DNA of 64,000 bases from Chrysomallon squamiferum (taxonomy: Eukaryota > Animalia > Mollusca), in assembly GCA_012295275.1 (NCBI GenBank), contig CM022670.1:25730001-25794000 (forward strand), read 5' to 3'. The position numbers were made by a program, and so were the translations under genes. Every line of letters begins with the position of its first letter. Positions within the stretch are counted from its first letter, which is position 1. Shown here piece after piece: positions 38,945 through 54,500 of this stretch. The notes under the pieces are model-generated. The model was given only the letters and a program-made list of their open reading frames with translations. It was not told the DNA's origin and searched no databases.

Positions 38945-39480
38945 TTCTATATAAAATAAAACTCAATGACAGCAGTCTTTACTAATCCTTCGGGTCTATT
39001 ATTTGTCATATATTTTATGATTATTAAAGGTTTTTTTTCATTAAACAATTAAACAAAATAATTTATATATAAGCATATAAGACTGTTGTAATTACATTCT
39101 TTATTGTTATATATATACGTAATGTCATTCGAAAAGAAATTTCCATTTTTTTTTTAAACTTTTATTTTATTTTTTTTTTAAATAATTTTTTTAATTTTTA
39201 ATTTTTTATTTTTTATTTTTTATTTTTATTTTTTTGGTTACGGAAATAATTATTTTCTAATTCTTTTTTTTATTATTATATTTTCTCACATCAAACAATT
39301 AATAACTCTGTAAATACTCCCCAGTACTCGTTAACAGATAAACTACAGTATTACTGATATAATAAATTAATATAGATTTAAAGGTGCTATTAACGTTTCT
39401 GATTCGTATATCTGAGTTTCAAAACATACCTTTACAGACATGTACGTAAGTAATAAATACAGTGTAAAAACAACATGTTG

Positions 39481-39511
<31 letters not shown>

Positions 39512-39790
39512 CAAAATATACCTTTTCACACGTTACATACATATACATACATACATACATATATATTCACCAAACAGCAGGGAGAAAAAAACGTTAACAG
39601 TGCATGAAACAACAAATGAAGCATATTATGTATATAATACCAGTAAATTATAAAATAAATTGTACATAGCCAGGCGTGTATATTATCTCTTGTTGTGATT
39701 ATGTTGTTACGTCGTTAGTATCAAATGAAATGCTACTCAGAAATAAAGGAACTTTGTTGTGATGACTTTCTTTTCTTTCTTTCCGTCGGG

Positions 39791-39872
<82 letters not shown>

Positions 39873-40140
39873 TTAATTTTTTCTTTCTTTCTTACTTTTA
39901 TTTATTTTTTTTTATTTTTTATTATTATTTTTGTTTAATTATTTTTTTATTTAATAATATTATTTTATTTTAATTTTTTTTGATATTTTAGGCATTATGA
40001 GTTAAGTTTCACCAAATGCTAACTGTAATTTATTATAACCACATACAAAGACATACGTAGATAAACTAGAGGGAGGGGAAAAGTCGACACTATTCTGTCA
40101 AACATAATGTTTACGTAATGATGCTTATGAAAGAGGAAAT

Positions 40141-40240
40141 CCATTAACAACAAGGAATATTTTGTATGCACCTTCTCGTAAACAGACAGTTTTATAAAGC
40201 AGACACTGGGTATAAAGAGCGCAGTCAGAAGAAGGGTTTA

Positions 40241-40276
<36 letters not shown>

Positions 40277-40283
40277 CATCATC

Positions 40284-40319
<36 letters not shown>

Positions 40320-43300
40320 TTTATTATTTTGATCTATAATGTTCTGAAGTTCAACCAGAATTCTTCAAGCAGCAACATTAACTCAGTCTGAAAAACTCTT
40401 TATATCATCAAACGTTCACTTAGGATTTTTATTTTGTTTTATTCCAAATACAAGAAAAGCCACACTTCCACGTTTTTTAGAAGCACTTGTTAGTAATATT
40501 AAAACTTTAAAAAATAAAATAAAATAAAATAAAATTGAGCTCAAAACAACTAATATGATTTTAGCGTTGAAAAGCCAGCTCGATAAAATGGTCTTCTGCG
40601 AAATAAGAGCTTTAAGTAGATGAACTTCTTATCGAAATAATTGTGCTCACTTGAAGACACTCACTACGAAATCTAATAATTTGTTTTCCTCTCCTGGTTT
40701 GGGTCAAAAAAGAATAATAATTTTTTTAATGATAATTTTTTAATATTTAGTGCATTTCGGTAGTGATGAAATTAAAAACTCTGTGCTAGAATTCAGAATT
40801 TAAGCTAATACAGCTTTATAGACACAGAAATTAAGTTTTCTAACTTAATTTGTGTTATAATAATGTTTTGGGGTTTTTTTTATAAATAATTGTAAATGGA
40901 GTGATGGCAAAGGATTAAACAGGAGGAAATTTTTTATGAAAAATAAAGTCATGTGCTTTTTAGAAAATAAAGGGTTTTATTTCAAGTTAAAACAGCAGTA
41001 ATTCATTTCAGAAGTTATTTTTGTTATGCAAGAAAACTCTACAGATGGACAGTAAAAAAAACTTCTTTGAACCATTTTCTGTTCTGGACATCACGATAAG
41101 AAAGAATTAAAACTGTATTCGCAGATCAGCAAGTAAAATAATTATTAATAAATACAAGAAAGAAACGTTAAAAAAAAACTTCATCAGACTGAGTATCCTA
41201 AACACAACAAGAAACGTTGCAAAAAAAAAAAAAAAAAAAAAAAAGAAAAAAACGAAAATGTCAGATAAGATTTAATTTTCTGCAGATACATTAAAAGATA
41301 ATAAGACTGAGTCTCCTTAAATCCTTTAAAGTATTGCACTGAATTTTGTTTTATAACTGCACTGCAAATTACGTAACATGGATTTATAACTAGCCCGAGT
41401 ATCCTTAGCTTTATCCTCAGAAAGGTTAGCTAATTTATAACAAGCTTTATTACGTTCGTTTGTTATATATATTTTTAAAATCTTGATATGATTTTATTAA
41501 AAGTGAAAGACATTTTAACTGCTGCAACTTTACAAATGATATTTTGAAGACATCGTTCCGAAAGAGTCAATTATTTTTTGTTTGCTTTGCCATGCAGTGT
41601 GATAATTTGATTTATTATAATACACCGACCCGTTTTATATACGTTATGATATGTGCTTATTAATAAACATTTATTGCATGGATTTAAAAAAATAAATAAT
41701 CAAATGATTTGTTTATTTATTTATTTAGTAAATTTTTTATCATCATTTATTTACTTGTTTATTTTATGGCTGCACTTATAATTGTTCTTATTGCTACTGT
41801 TTTATTAATTAACCTGTATATACACACATGCTCCAGTTAGCAATAATGTGATTTCGAGTCACGATGTTTGATTGCTGCCCTTGGTTTGACAAAAGAAGGA
41901 TAGCGACCTAGATTCCCAGAACTTACAAACATCCGGTGATGTCTGTGCGGCCTTTTTATCATTTTGAAATTATCGTTCACACAGCACGTAAAACAAAGTA
42001 AAGGGAAAGTAAAAAAAACACAATAACCGAGGAAGCTATTTTATCCCTGCCGTCACCTTGACAACGATGAATCGCAGATTTATCAGCAGCTTTAACAATT
42101 AGGCTATGCACACATTACCTACACATACAAAGAGCATTGTTAGACATAGGTGAACAGACACCCATAAATGGATCGTTAAAACAAACAAACTTTATTAAGA
42201 ACAGTCTTAAACAGAATAAAGAAAGATTTTTAAATTTAAGTTCTGATTCGAATTATAGGTAAAACTATTGGAACGCATACTAATTTTAAATTTATTATGT
42301 TGTTTACTTGTGTAGTTGCTTATATATTTACTTAGGTGTTACATCTATTTTGAATTGTTAAAAAATAATAATAATAAAGTTGTCGATCTGGTAAAGGAGG
42401 TCCATGGTCTTTTCTCCTATTTCCAGAATAATTTAATATCGTTATTTCAATTGTGTCAGTTAAAACAAAAATCTAGCTAGTTATAATATAGGAAAATAAC
42501 CATTAAAATAATTTTGCAATTTCAATTATTCGAATAATTAATATTTTCAACCCATATTCTGAATTGTTTTAAGAAATGTTTTTTATTAGGATGTCACAAT
42601 AATCAACAGATAAATCTCAAGGCCATTTAAGTGGTTCCCTTCCATTCTGTCTACAATTAACCATACAACCTCCACTGAGTTTGCCTGCAGTATGACTATC
42701 TGAAATTTCCAGTCAGTAGTACATATATTGTTGGCGTTTGGGGCCAGCACAATAATACTGCATTACATAAAGAGTTAAGATAATAATGAACATAAGTATC
42801 GGAAAAGGTGTATCGTGATACTGATTATACGACTTGTGACATTTGAAGCATCACCTAAGGCAAGGACTCAGATCTCATTTGAAGATTTTAGATAAATATG
42901 ATTGAACGTCATACGTAAAATTTGCTTAATATTTATGAATTCACTGTAATTGTTGTATTTTTGTTTGTTTTGTTTTGTTTTATTTTGTTTGTTTTCTTAA
43001 AAATTTTGTTATATTACTATATTATGGTTTTTCATATACCAGAAATATTTTACTTGTAAGTTTTGATGTCATCTTTCATACTTTAGGTAAGATGAATATA
43101 GAATGAGTGGCTTTTTGGCAAAATGATATGACTCTATTTAAATATAAAAATACAGAAATTAACAGATAGTTTCAAGTTCTTTTCAAATGCACGAAGTCCG
43201 GTTTATTTTTGTCTTTTTTGAACGAAGAATCTCACAATATATGTCTAACGAACTGAAAAAAAAAAGAAAAACAAAAAGAAAAGAATCCATTATAATACAC

Positions 43301-44419
43301 AAAAAAGATGACATATATTCAGAACTGATCGGCTTTATTATTATTTTTATTATTATTTAAAATCTACTTATTTAAGTTAAGAATGTAACAGTGGCGGTCG
43401 CCAGAGGTTTGGTAATACTAAAACCTAGATTTGTACTTGGGATATTAAAAATTAAATGACAGGTGTTTCAAGTTGATCCGCTGCAATGAACTGTTCTGAA
43501 ACGGACTTAACGCGGCATGATTGCCAGTCGAATGATGCGGCTGTAATCAGCGGTGTCATCGCGCTAATTTCCGGGTCTTACTGAGCACAGATCCTGTGAA
43601 ATAAATGCTGGAATTAAGGAATACTAACCAAACTAATTTACAGAGTGAACAAAAGTATCGAAGATAATCGATATATTTTCCCTCCCTTTTGTATAACGGA
43701 ACCGTGTTCATTTGTATTTGTTATATTATTAAATTTGGAAATGAATCATGAAAAACATTATTTATTATTATTATTTTTTTTTTTTTTTTTTTATTATTTA
43801 TTGACTCATTTATTTATTTATTTATTTATTTATTTTTTTTTTTTTTATTTTTTTTATTTTCATCCAGTTGATCAATAGCAGCAGGATTACCAGCATTATC
43901 ATATTAAAGGCAGTTCTAGTTGTTCTAGTGAAATGGATCTATAAATTTCTAGTTATTAATGAATTATAGATAATACAGGTTTTCATTTTTAATATTTTAG
44001 AATAAAATAAGCATTCAGAAACCTTATAAATAAATGGGAATCTATTCTAACAAGACATTAAAAGTATTGTTCAGTTTCATTTAAGAAAGAGTCATTTTTT
44101 TGTATTATCATTTTTTTTTTAATCCCTTAATGCACTGGTGAGTATATTCATTTGAGAAATTGAAGTTGAACGGGTAATACAATAGCAGGAGACAGACAGA
44201 CAGACAAACAGACAGATAGACTGATATTTTATTTAAAGAAAATGCCAGATTTAATTTGGTGAATTAAAAAGGTCACTGTGCACTTAATAATAAAAGTACA
44301 AGTTAAAATACAAAATAAAACACTTTACTTAAAGGGAAATTTGGAAGGAATATTTATAAAAAAGAAAAGAAAAAGAAAGAACGGAAGAAACTGATATTAA
44401 TTAACACATGTAAAAGAAT

Positions 44420-44479
<60 letters not shown>

Positions 44480-44749
44480 CACATAAAAAAAAAAAACCGG
44501 TTAAGAACAAAAAAAAAAAAGAAAAAAAAAGGTAACTCTTATCCATTAGCAACAAGGAATATTTTATGAACACCTTCTCGTAAACATACAAAAACGCATA
44601 CTTTGCCTTATATAAAGTAGTCGTTGTTTAAAAGGAAAAAAAACTGACCAAAAGAGCACACTTAATAGAACTAGTTCTGAGATCCATAAACATACTGATG
44701 TTCAAACCTTTTTTTCAAGCAGGGAACTAATGTTAACTCAGTCTGAAAC
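40141..44749 (+). repeat. Two diverged copies of a dispersed or anciently duplicated element (40141-40393 and 44542-44749)
   Basis: Two shared blocks in the same order: ccatta(a/g)caacaaggaatatttt...caccttctcgtaaaca and ttcaagcag...ttaactcagtctgaaa. Confidence 0.7.
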
Positions 44750-45204
44750 ATGTTTTGAGAATACAACAGCAACCAAAAAAACAAAACAAAAATAAAAACC
44801 AGTACATTTAATTTAAAAGTATAATGATATTTGACAATTCATTAAAATAAAAAGTATTTTACAGCATTAAAATCTCGACTCTTACCAAACATTTGAAAAA
44901 CAAAACAAAAAAACATGCTCTCATATTTGTTATTAAAAAGGTAGAAACATGCAGAATTAAAACAGTTTGGGCACGAATGTCATTTTAATTTTTTTTTTAC
45001 AAAGAATGTCAAAAGGAAAACAAAATCTTTACTGACACTGCCTACAGTCTTAGCCATAGTAACGTCAAAGTTATGTTTACATTATCCTCTTGTGACTGAA
45101 ACGTTTTTAATCATAGGTTGTTTTATTTAATATTCCATAAAGGAAGCTGCTTTGATATCTCCATTCTGAGGTTAATTCATTCTGATAGGATATTTATCGT
45201 GTTG

Positions 45205-45270
<66 letters not shown>

Positions 45271-45519
45271 GGTATCTGTCTCGTCGATAGCAATTGTTTT
45301 TTGTGTTTTTTTCGGGAGGTATACCTACAGCAAATCTTCGCCGATAGAATTTGCTATCCAGGAAAAGATGGCTGCAGAAGACACTTTAAGAGTTGATCTA
45401 CATCAGTTTCAAAACTGTGGTAACGAACATAATTTGACAGTAATTGAGCCACGCCGCAAAACACCTTTTTTTTTTTTTTTTTTTTCTTTTTTTTCTGTTT
45501 TGTTGTGTTTTGTATTTTT

Positions 45520-45550
<31 letters not shown>

Positions 45551-46399
45551 ATGAAGTAAATCCTCTTTCTCACAAATTTAAAATGTTTGACTAAAACAAA
45601 ACAATGTCATCAATCCGCCAAGATGGTAACCATCGCAATGGATACTTGTACTCTCTCTCTCCTAGCCACAGTGCTGCAGGTGTGATACCACACTTGTCAC
45701 TCTCTGTTTAACAGTCGTTAAATATAACACTGATAAGTTCATTTGGGCGCTGAACTCCCGACTAGACGGGCAAATAATAACACGTTTTCGTAAAAACTGG
45801 GCGTTTCTTGACGCACTGTCTTGAAAACACAAAAAAATTAGTCATTAAAAGCGGACTGATTAGATTAAATAGATGGTTAGCGGGTTATTATTATAGATTC
45901 TTGTTTTCAGCTACCTATGGAGAGAGAGACTGGATTGAGAAAATCAGTTGTAATTTTTAATTAACAAAAAAAATAAATAAAAATAAAGAAAATAAAGAAT
46001 CTTAAAAACCCAACACAGTTCCTGCTGTTGATGCCGCCCTATGACATATGTATTCAGTTTAGTACGATATCGACAGAGAAACTGTCAATTTTTCTCTCAA
46101 ATTAGGATGGACTAATTGGATCAAATGAAAATAGAACGTCTATTCCGAATGACAAAAGATCCATTAAATTGTTTTTGACTTGATGTAAAAATCTAAAAAT
46201 AGTTTAATTCAAAATGCACGTTTATATTTAAAGTTTACTAATTAATTACGTGAGTATAATTGTGAGACATATTCATGTAGATTGAAGAGAGAAAAAAGTA
46301 ATTCATGCTTCAAAGTATTTCAGTATTTCGTTACTTTAGCGTCGTTGTTGTCAGCTGTGTTGTTGTGATGACTGTGGTTATCCACCTTTTTATCCAGAG

Positions 46400-46685
46400 A
46401 CTGAACGTATGTTCGCTTAACGAAACCTATTAATAACGATGATTAGACGTAAAGCCCACGATTCTTCAGTAATGATGTTCGAGACGAAAACCTTTGCCTT
46501 CATAATATATTAGCATTATACATTTGTTTATATGTTCCTTCCCACGATCATTGCAATACAAATCCAGTCGTTCTAATAAGCACAGCTAGAACAGGTAATA
46601 AGGCAATCTTTGCACTGGCAGGGATTCATCTTTGACCAGTCACGTCTTTGTGAGTCGCCAGCACTGAGCCGCAGATCCTCCTTCG
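46400..46685 (-). mobile_element. Possible highly decayed SINE-like repeat, with weaker related cores at ~2615-2780, 40141 and 44542
   Basis: Loose shared core TTAGCA...TTTATATG..C.TTCCCAC; the right end weakly resembles the reverse complement of a tRNA-like head. By-eye similarity only. Confidence 0.3.
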
Positions 46686-46986
46686 TTATCGGTGATAAGC
46701 TAATATAATAATTAGTTGTCATGGTTACGGCGGTCTGATGGTTGAAAACAGCTTGATCAACTGTACTGTTGAAGTAGCATCAACGATGAATTACCAACAA
46801 GAATAATCAATATACTGAATGTAAAAAATGTTTAAAACAGAAGTCTTATTTTGTACCTTTCAGAAAATGTGTATGAGATCACCTGCTGTTGCTTATAAAA
46901 GACATTTTTAAATTCAGTAAGACGCAAATACATAGTCAACTGTAAGCAACAAGACTATTATTAAGTTTGAATTTTAAAAAAATATA

Positions 46987-47017
<31 letters not shown>

Positions 47018-48330
47018 AATTAAAGAGTTCTATTGTGAACGTGTAAAGAATATCAGTATTTCTATTAGAATAAGAAGAATAACAAAAACAACCATTTCCT
47101 CACTTTAATTAATTGACCTTTGATTTAATTTTTTATCTCAGTGTGAATTAACTTTTTGCAAGCGAACGTTTGTTCTAAGAAATGTTTACACGAATTTAAT
47201 TTTCAGCTTTTTTGGAATACATTTCTTTCCACTCTGTAACAGATTTTCTGTAAACTGAGCGTGTTCTGTACCGAACTACGTTAAAAAAAAAAGAACACCA
47301 TGCGTTTCAGAAACCTTTGGCTAAAATCTTGTATTAGACCGCGTGAAGACTTTGAACGACATTCCATAATTAAATTAGCCTCATTTAAATCTGTTTTTGT
47401 ACCGAATTCCTCATTACTGTTCTGAAATCTTACTGTAAAATCACGTCATCGGAAAATATTTAAAAATAAAAAATTAAAGTGTAACGTTTGTATGTGCTCA
47501 AAAAGATTTCTTAAACGTTGTATGTGTGTGTGGGTGAGCTATATTCTTATTTTACCATAATGAAATTTTACTCTTATTAAAACTAGGTTGGATCTTTAAG
47601 GATAGTTATTTCAAACAATTTATATAATATCTAGAAGTAAGTTTTGTATTTAATGTGAAAAAAAAGAGGAAAAGATAAATTGTTGTTTGTTCTTGCAGTT
47701 TTATTATCTATGTTGCATGAACAACGTTTCAGTGAAAATCGAAACCTTTAGACCTGAGTGAAAAACAAAATCTGTAATAAGGACTTGCCATAACATACCA
47801 TTTGCTAACCAGCGGCTGTAAAGATAATAGCTCCAAACTATCAGCTAATGTGCATCGAGCAGAAAAAAAGGAAAATGTCTTCTACACCCCATTCTGAAGA
47901 ATTTACGACTGTATTATACGAGATGAAGAATGCAATTAAAAAAAATTTCCTACAGCCAAAACCGGAATGATTTTTCTTTAGTATTATTTTTTACATCAGC
48001 GATAAAAGTTTCGCCAGTCTACATTACAGAAATGTTGTGTAATTTACCATCTTTCCCCTGAAGACACGAGGAAGTTTACGATTTGACTAATGAAGCCTTA
48101 AAAATGCAACTCAAAAAGGTTTTCTTAGACTACGTTTAAAAAATATATGTCTACTCTCAGAAGAGTTAAATTAAGCTTAGGGATACTATATATATATATA
48201 TATATACATGTCGCGTTCTTTTGTAACATGTTAATTAACTGTCATGCCGGCTGTGAATTGAGGCTTTTTAAATTTATTTTTATAAATTTATTCGCATGTC
48301 TGTTTCTTGGTTGAGTTTGTTTGTCTTACT

Positions 48331-48369
<39 letters not shown>

Positions 48370-48466
48370 TTTTTTATTTATTCATTATATTTTTTTATGG
48401 GTGTTGTTGTTTTTGTAGTTCTTGTTACTATTCTTCTTCATCTTCTTCTTCTTCTTCTTCTTCTTC

Positions 48467-48522
<56 letters not shown>

Positions 48523-51500
48523 TATTATTTATTTATTTTTGTTTGTTTGTTTGTTTGTTTGTTTGTTTGTTTGTTTGTTTGTTTATCTATTTATCTAACT
48601 AGCTATCTTCTTATTTATTTATAATTATGTATTTACATTTGCTGGTTTGTTTCAGAGTCCATTTTAGAACAATCGATTTCAAAGTAATTGAATAATTTGT
48701 TAATTTGTGATGTTAATGTTGTATATTGTTTGCTATTTTTCTTGAAACATATATGGATTCATTTATCATGATAATAAAATTCATATCAAGACATTATGAC
48801 AATTTTTTTTTTTTAATTTTAAATCTTTACGTGTATTTTTATATAAATACTAATTTTGTTTTCTCTTTAATGTGGATTTAAATTTAAAACAGTATATTAG
48901 CCAGTCTAAATAAAAGAAAGATACGTTTATCTAGGATAATTCACCTTTAATTTTACGTAATTTATGTAAGATATCTAACGTTATGTAGCTGACATTACTA
49001 GCACTAAAGACAGCATTGCACCGTCAAGGTCAAATATTCAGAGGCTATGTACAAGTAAAACATAGTGGAAGCAGAAGGAAAAGAATACTTCTTAGCAATA
49101 CCCTTGGTATTTTGTGTCAGGTCTGAGTTAATTGTGATATATAAAGTAAAGCTCTGAAAAAGAAATCAAGGAATAAACGATTACCTATCAGTCAGACTGA
49201 AGGTCGCAGTAAAAGTACAAAACCAAAGCTGATGACGTTGTGTTGATTCATGTTTGTCGGATTTGGATGTTGATTCTCTTTGTTGTTTATGTTGATACTG
49301 TTGTCTGTTTGTTGTTGTTGTTGATGGTGGTTGTTTTGGGTTTGTTTTTTGTTGTTGTTTTTTTTTTTTGTTTGTTTTTTAAAATATCGCTGTACGGAAT
49401 AAAGTCAAATCTATAAATGTGCATGCAAATGTTTTTTTCAAAATTCAGTCGTTATGCCAATATTTCTGTGTCTCTGAGAGTGCATACTGTAGGTGTATTT
49501 GTTTAATCGCTTCCTGTCTTTCTATTATTCATTTTATTTATCTATATATCAAGCAAATTTACCAGTCTATCAAAGTAGCTATTCGTTTGGCAATCAGTCT
49601 GCATCTTAATATCAACAAAAGGAGATGGCAAATGATTAAGAAAACATAAGCCTGCAGGATAAAGAGGTTTGTCTTTTGCTTATTTCTAAGTATAAATAAT
49701 TAATTTGTTGGTCTTTATTGATTTTCTTGCTAATGAGAATAATAGTTTTTTATGCCATACATTAATAGCTGTTGATGCAATGCAAAATACGTTAATATTA
49801 TTAATACATTTTTGAATATTTCCGCTTTTATATAAATCTGGATTTTATATTTTATCTTGTCACTTTTGATAATTTATTGCTTGTTTATCTTAATTGCTTG
49901 TAATATTTTCATATGTAAAGTTCAGTATAATTTCATTCATTTCATGGGAATATTTAAAAAAAATTATTAATGTTCACTGAAATCGATCCTGTTTCAGCGA
50001 GGTTTTTTTTGTAGTTGCATGAGTCCGTATCAAAATTCTTAAAAGCAATTGTATTATTCAAATTATCTCACTGTCTCTAACCCTCTGTCATTCTACATCT
50101 TTCTTTTTATCCCCGTTTCTGTCTCTCTCTCGCTTTGAACGTTTGTTTGACGTGTAGTAATCGTTAATATTAAAATGTTTAATGTTGTTAACATTCCTTC
50201 TTTCTCTGCCTCTCGCGTGAAGTGAAGTGAAAAACATTAAGGTGCTAATCAGAGCAAGCTGTTGTGAAGCACGTCTTCGACAGGCACGCTTTCTGACAGG
50301 TCAGCGGGCGTGTCTGTCGCAGAAAAGAGTTTTTTGGGTAAGGAAAGACAATGGATTCTCGTTACGATTGCAGGAGTGTCCAGTATATCGGATCGTAAGG
50401 AACTGGTTGCGATGTTTGGTTGTTTGTTTTTTCCGTTCGTTGTTATTTCCGGGACTTGTGTAGCTCGTTAAATGTCTCTTCGTTATCACCAGGTCCCTGG
50501 AAGTCAGGTCCTGTTCCGTTCTCGGATGCTCTGATGTTTTCTTCTTCTTTCTGGCTGTTTCCCTCTGATCCAACAATTCCAAACTTTTTTTTTTTTTTTT
50601 TTTCTTAGATCTTTTTATTGATTCAAAAGATTTATATACACCTGCACCTTACTTTTTCTATTTATTGTATAACTTGGTCATGCTTCAGATTTCTGTCTAT
50701 TTATCTCTCTATGTCTATTGTCTATCTGTCAGTCTAACTTTCATTCTATTCATCTATCTATTTGTCTCTTTATCTGTCTCTCTATCTATTAGTCTATCTA
50801 TGTAGATGTGTGTCCTTGCTTTTAACTGACTGGTCTCTGTTCAAAACAGTAAACTGATATTCAAATATAAACACACACTGCATGTTACAAGATGTGGATT
50901 CAAAAGGCGTCGTTATTATACACATACATAGAATTCGAAGTCACGAAATACTCAAATTCACGACAGAGACAATATGCATCATTATCTCTCATCCAGAAAA
51001 AGCAACCTTCTCACATTACCTTTAATATCAGTGAAAAGAAGAAAAAAACCCACCTAATACACAATTAGTGGCATGATTTTGTAGAGTCAAGATTGACAAG
51101 GTTAGGACTTTGTTATTCCCTTTCTCTGTCGTTCGTCTAGATTAACTGAAGCTTGGTTGCGTGTTAAAGCATGTGATGTCTTCATACATGTGGGAACCGC
51201 TGACTGCTGACGTTAAAACAGATGACTTTTTCAGAAACGGTTACTTTCGGCAATGCTCAATGTATTGACAGTTACGATTAGATATGATCTATATATAGAG
51301 CTGCACTGAGTTCAACTTTAGAAATAAAAATATTTTTTTTAGTTATCCGATTGTCAAGAAATATTATATTAAGTAAAACCTTAACGGAACTATTTAAACA
51401 ACAAAGCATGTTTTAATGAAAAGCTGAAAGCTTTCTGAATTTTTGGTTTATGTAATTATTACTTCAGGTAAAATGATGTCAGGGAGTTTGATTATGTCCG

Positions 51501-54500
51501 TCAATTATTTGTAAATGCTAAAGATTATCACCTAGATTTAAAGGTTGTCGAGGTTTTAAACCGAGGAAGATTAAAGTAACGTCTGTCTGGGAATTAGACA
51601 ATGAACACGAGCAGCAAGTTCACGTAAGACTGTTATCATGTACTCAACATAACAACATGTCAGTAATGAAGAGTGCAGGTCCACTGTCGGGAAAGTAATA
51701 TCTATTGAAAGTGTTCATTTGATCAGTTTCTTTCCGCTCAGGTCTGTAATTGACCGAGGTTTTTCCAGTGTTTGTCACTGTATGCTTGACAGTTATGACT
51801 TGAACCAAAGAAACATCGCGTGGACGCGAGATGCTGTTTGGCTTGCAGTCTTCAGATGACGGGAAATGATCACGTTGTAATTCAAGATATTATTTTAATT
51901 AAACTACGCCTCAAGCACGTTGACTCTCGAGTTCAGAATTGTTAGTCTGAAACATTAGATTCCTCTGATTTTAAATTAGAGTTAATAACAGTATGGAAAG
52001 TGTATGTAAGAACTCTTCCTCTTTTGTTACCCCAAGTATCAAATAAAAATAAAAATTAAAAAACTCGATATAAATTATATATAATTATTTTTGTATCTCC
52101 TGATGACTTCGTAAATGTCAAAGAAATTTAATACGCATAAAAGAAAATCTAGAGAGAACTAGATTTTTAAATCCTACAAACATAGCTTCAGTTTACATAA
52201 TACTCAGTTTTTATTTCAACTGATAATTTCTTTATTGATTTTTTTTCCACTAGGTCAACTATCAGAATGGATGGATCGCATCATCTTCTTTCTAGATCGG
52301 GGGTTGACAAACTTTTTTTTGCACCGACCTCTTTGACAATGCCATAAAAAGCGAGATACCCCCATATAATTATATTAAGTACTTTTTAAATGTATTTATG
52401 AAATATTTTTGAATAATAATGATTACGGTATTGTATAAATTGAATTTTAAAACAGCATACAATTAAGTAACATGACATTTTTATACTGAACTAATATTTA
52501 TTTTTAATATGATGAGTTTGGATTGATCACATGAGCGTCAGATTCATTTTACAAACCATGCAAATCATCGTATAATGCTGGCTTTATTTTAAAAATAAAT
52601 CTGATAACTAAATAGCTGTAAGCCGACTGCAGATATCAACTCGTTTAAAATTAAAACCCATCTTCTACAAAACTGGTCCTCAGTCTTACAGTCAAAATAT
52701 TAACAACTGAATTCGATCAGCGTACAGCTGTAACAGAAGTAATATCAGTACTTATTTTTGAGGATACTATGATGATCACCAATTTACGTTTTCCATTAAC
52801 AGCACGTTTGAGATACGATAATAAGTTACATGTTAGATAAAAGCTGCTGATTTGATCGTGATGCTTTCTAAAAGTAGTCAAATGAATATGAATAAAATAT
52901 TTTGAAAACCCAACAAAAACCCCCAACAACATGGACACTCATAGACATATATGTATATTCAAAACGCTTACAGATATTTTACATATGCCCATAGGTATCT
53001 CATATATTATATGTCTATGTATGTATTTATGCATGTACATATTTATGTATATTTGTACATATGTGTGAATGTATGTTCGTATGTATGCATGTATATGTAC
53101 GTGGGTATACATGTTTCTATGTATACAGACATGAAGTATACCAGACCCTCCTGAACCTCACAGCGTACATAAAATCATTTGAAAAGACAAAAAAGATGTT
53201 TGTTTTAAATTATACCATATACCTTTCGTGTTTGCTAACATTTCATATTATGCTTCATTCTATCTAGTCTGCATCATCTTAAAAATACTACTAGATTTTA
53301 TATATTTCAGTGACTACATTAATGGAATATGTCTTAATCAGATATCTTTTTTAAAATAATGAGTTTCACAGAGAATGCGATATGACTAAGAACAAAGATA
53401 AGTGCCTCTTGTAAAGTTACAACACCATTGATAATACGACCATAATACGTCATCCGGAGAGGAAAATGAACTAACTCAGACACATTAGTACTGCATGAAG
53501 AAGAAGTACCATACAGTACAACTGAAGAGAGGAAAAAACAGCAATAGTTTTGTCGCAAGTGCTTCGAAAGACAAATGTACTTTTTGATTCTACACCATCC
53601 TGTTAGTTAACTTCCACATGTAGGTCCTATCTGCACCGTGTAACTCAAACCCAGTTAGCTGCAAGGAAAATGAAACGCATACTTTATTTCTGTCACATAC
53701 TCTTATTCGATCCATTTAATTTCCAATAATGTATGAGCCAGTGTTACGTACTCGTGGCAGTAAACAATACAGATCTATCATCTGACTGAACATGCAGTGG
53801 AAAGTCATGTTGCTAATAGATTTTCTCTGAAGGATTTCCAATTCAGCTTTTAATCCTGTTGCCCAGAAGCACGTGTTATTCTTTAATCTGAGAGGTGACG
53901 ATTTCCTCAGCATGAAATTTACACATGGTGTTTGGTGGAGTTTATTTTTATTTGAGGTGACACATGATGGTTTATTGTCTTTTATCTGAGATGTGATGCG
54001 CTGGTTTGCAGCTGTTTCAGTATAATTATCTGACAAGCAGATATGTCGCTTTTTTTCTGTAGATATTTGAAATGGCGATGTGATGTTTATTTTAACTTAA
54101 TGTTCGGCTTCTTTTTCTTTTTCTTTTGTTTTTTAATTTATAACATTCGTTAACAGTCATCTCAGATTTGGGTTGTGTTTCTTTAACCAGTTCATCAATC
54201 TTTTTTCTCGTTTCAATCTAAAACAGAGTCCTGCATTCTTTTAGCATGAAATAAAAATCTGCATTACTTGCCTGTTTACCATAATCAAGAGATTATTTCC
54301 CGTTCCATCCAGTACACTAGAGTTTGTTTGCAAAGGGTAGTGGTTTGTATTTTACTGTCTATGGGTAAGTACGTGCAGTTATTTAAATAAATGTTGCTGA
54401 CTTTGATACTATTTTTATTTTTAAATTCGTTTCCAGGACTAACTTCCTGGAGAAACATAACATTAAATGTCAGTAGGTTTTCTTTATTGAACTTTTATTT

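Noticed and set aside
50227-50608. GC-richer patch with several 60-90 aa ORFs and two GTAAGG donor-like sites
   Set aside because: No recognisable protein and no partner exons; cannot be supported as coding.
52297-52360. Sequence resembling a hAT-type terminus (ggggttgacaaactttttt...gacc)
   Set aside because: No matching opposite terminus or target duplication found by eye.
53716-54036. 106-aa minus-strand ORF
   Set aside because: Non-ATG start, no motif and no convincing splice context.
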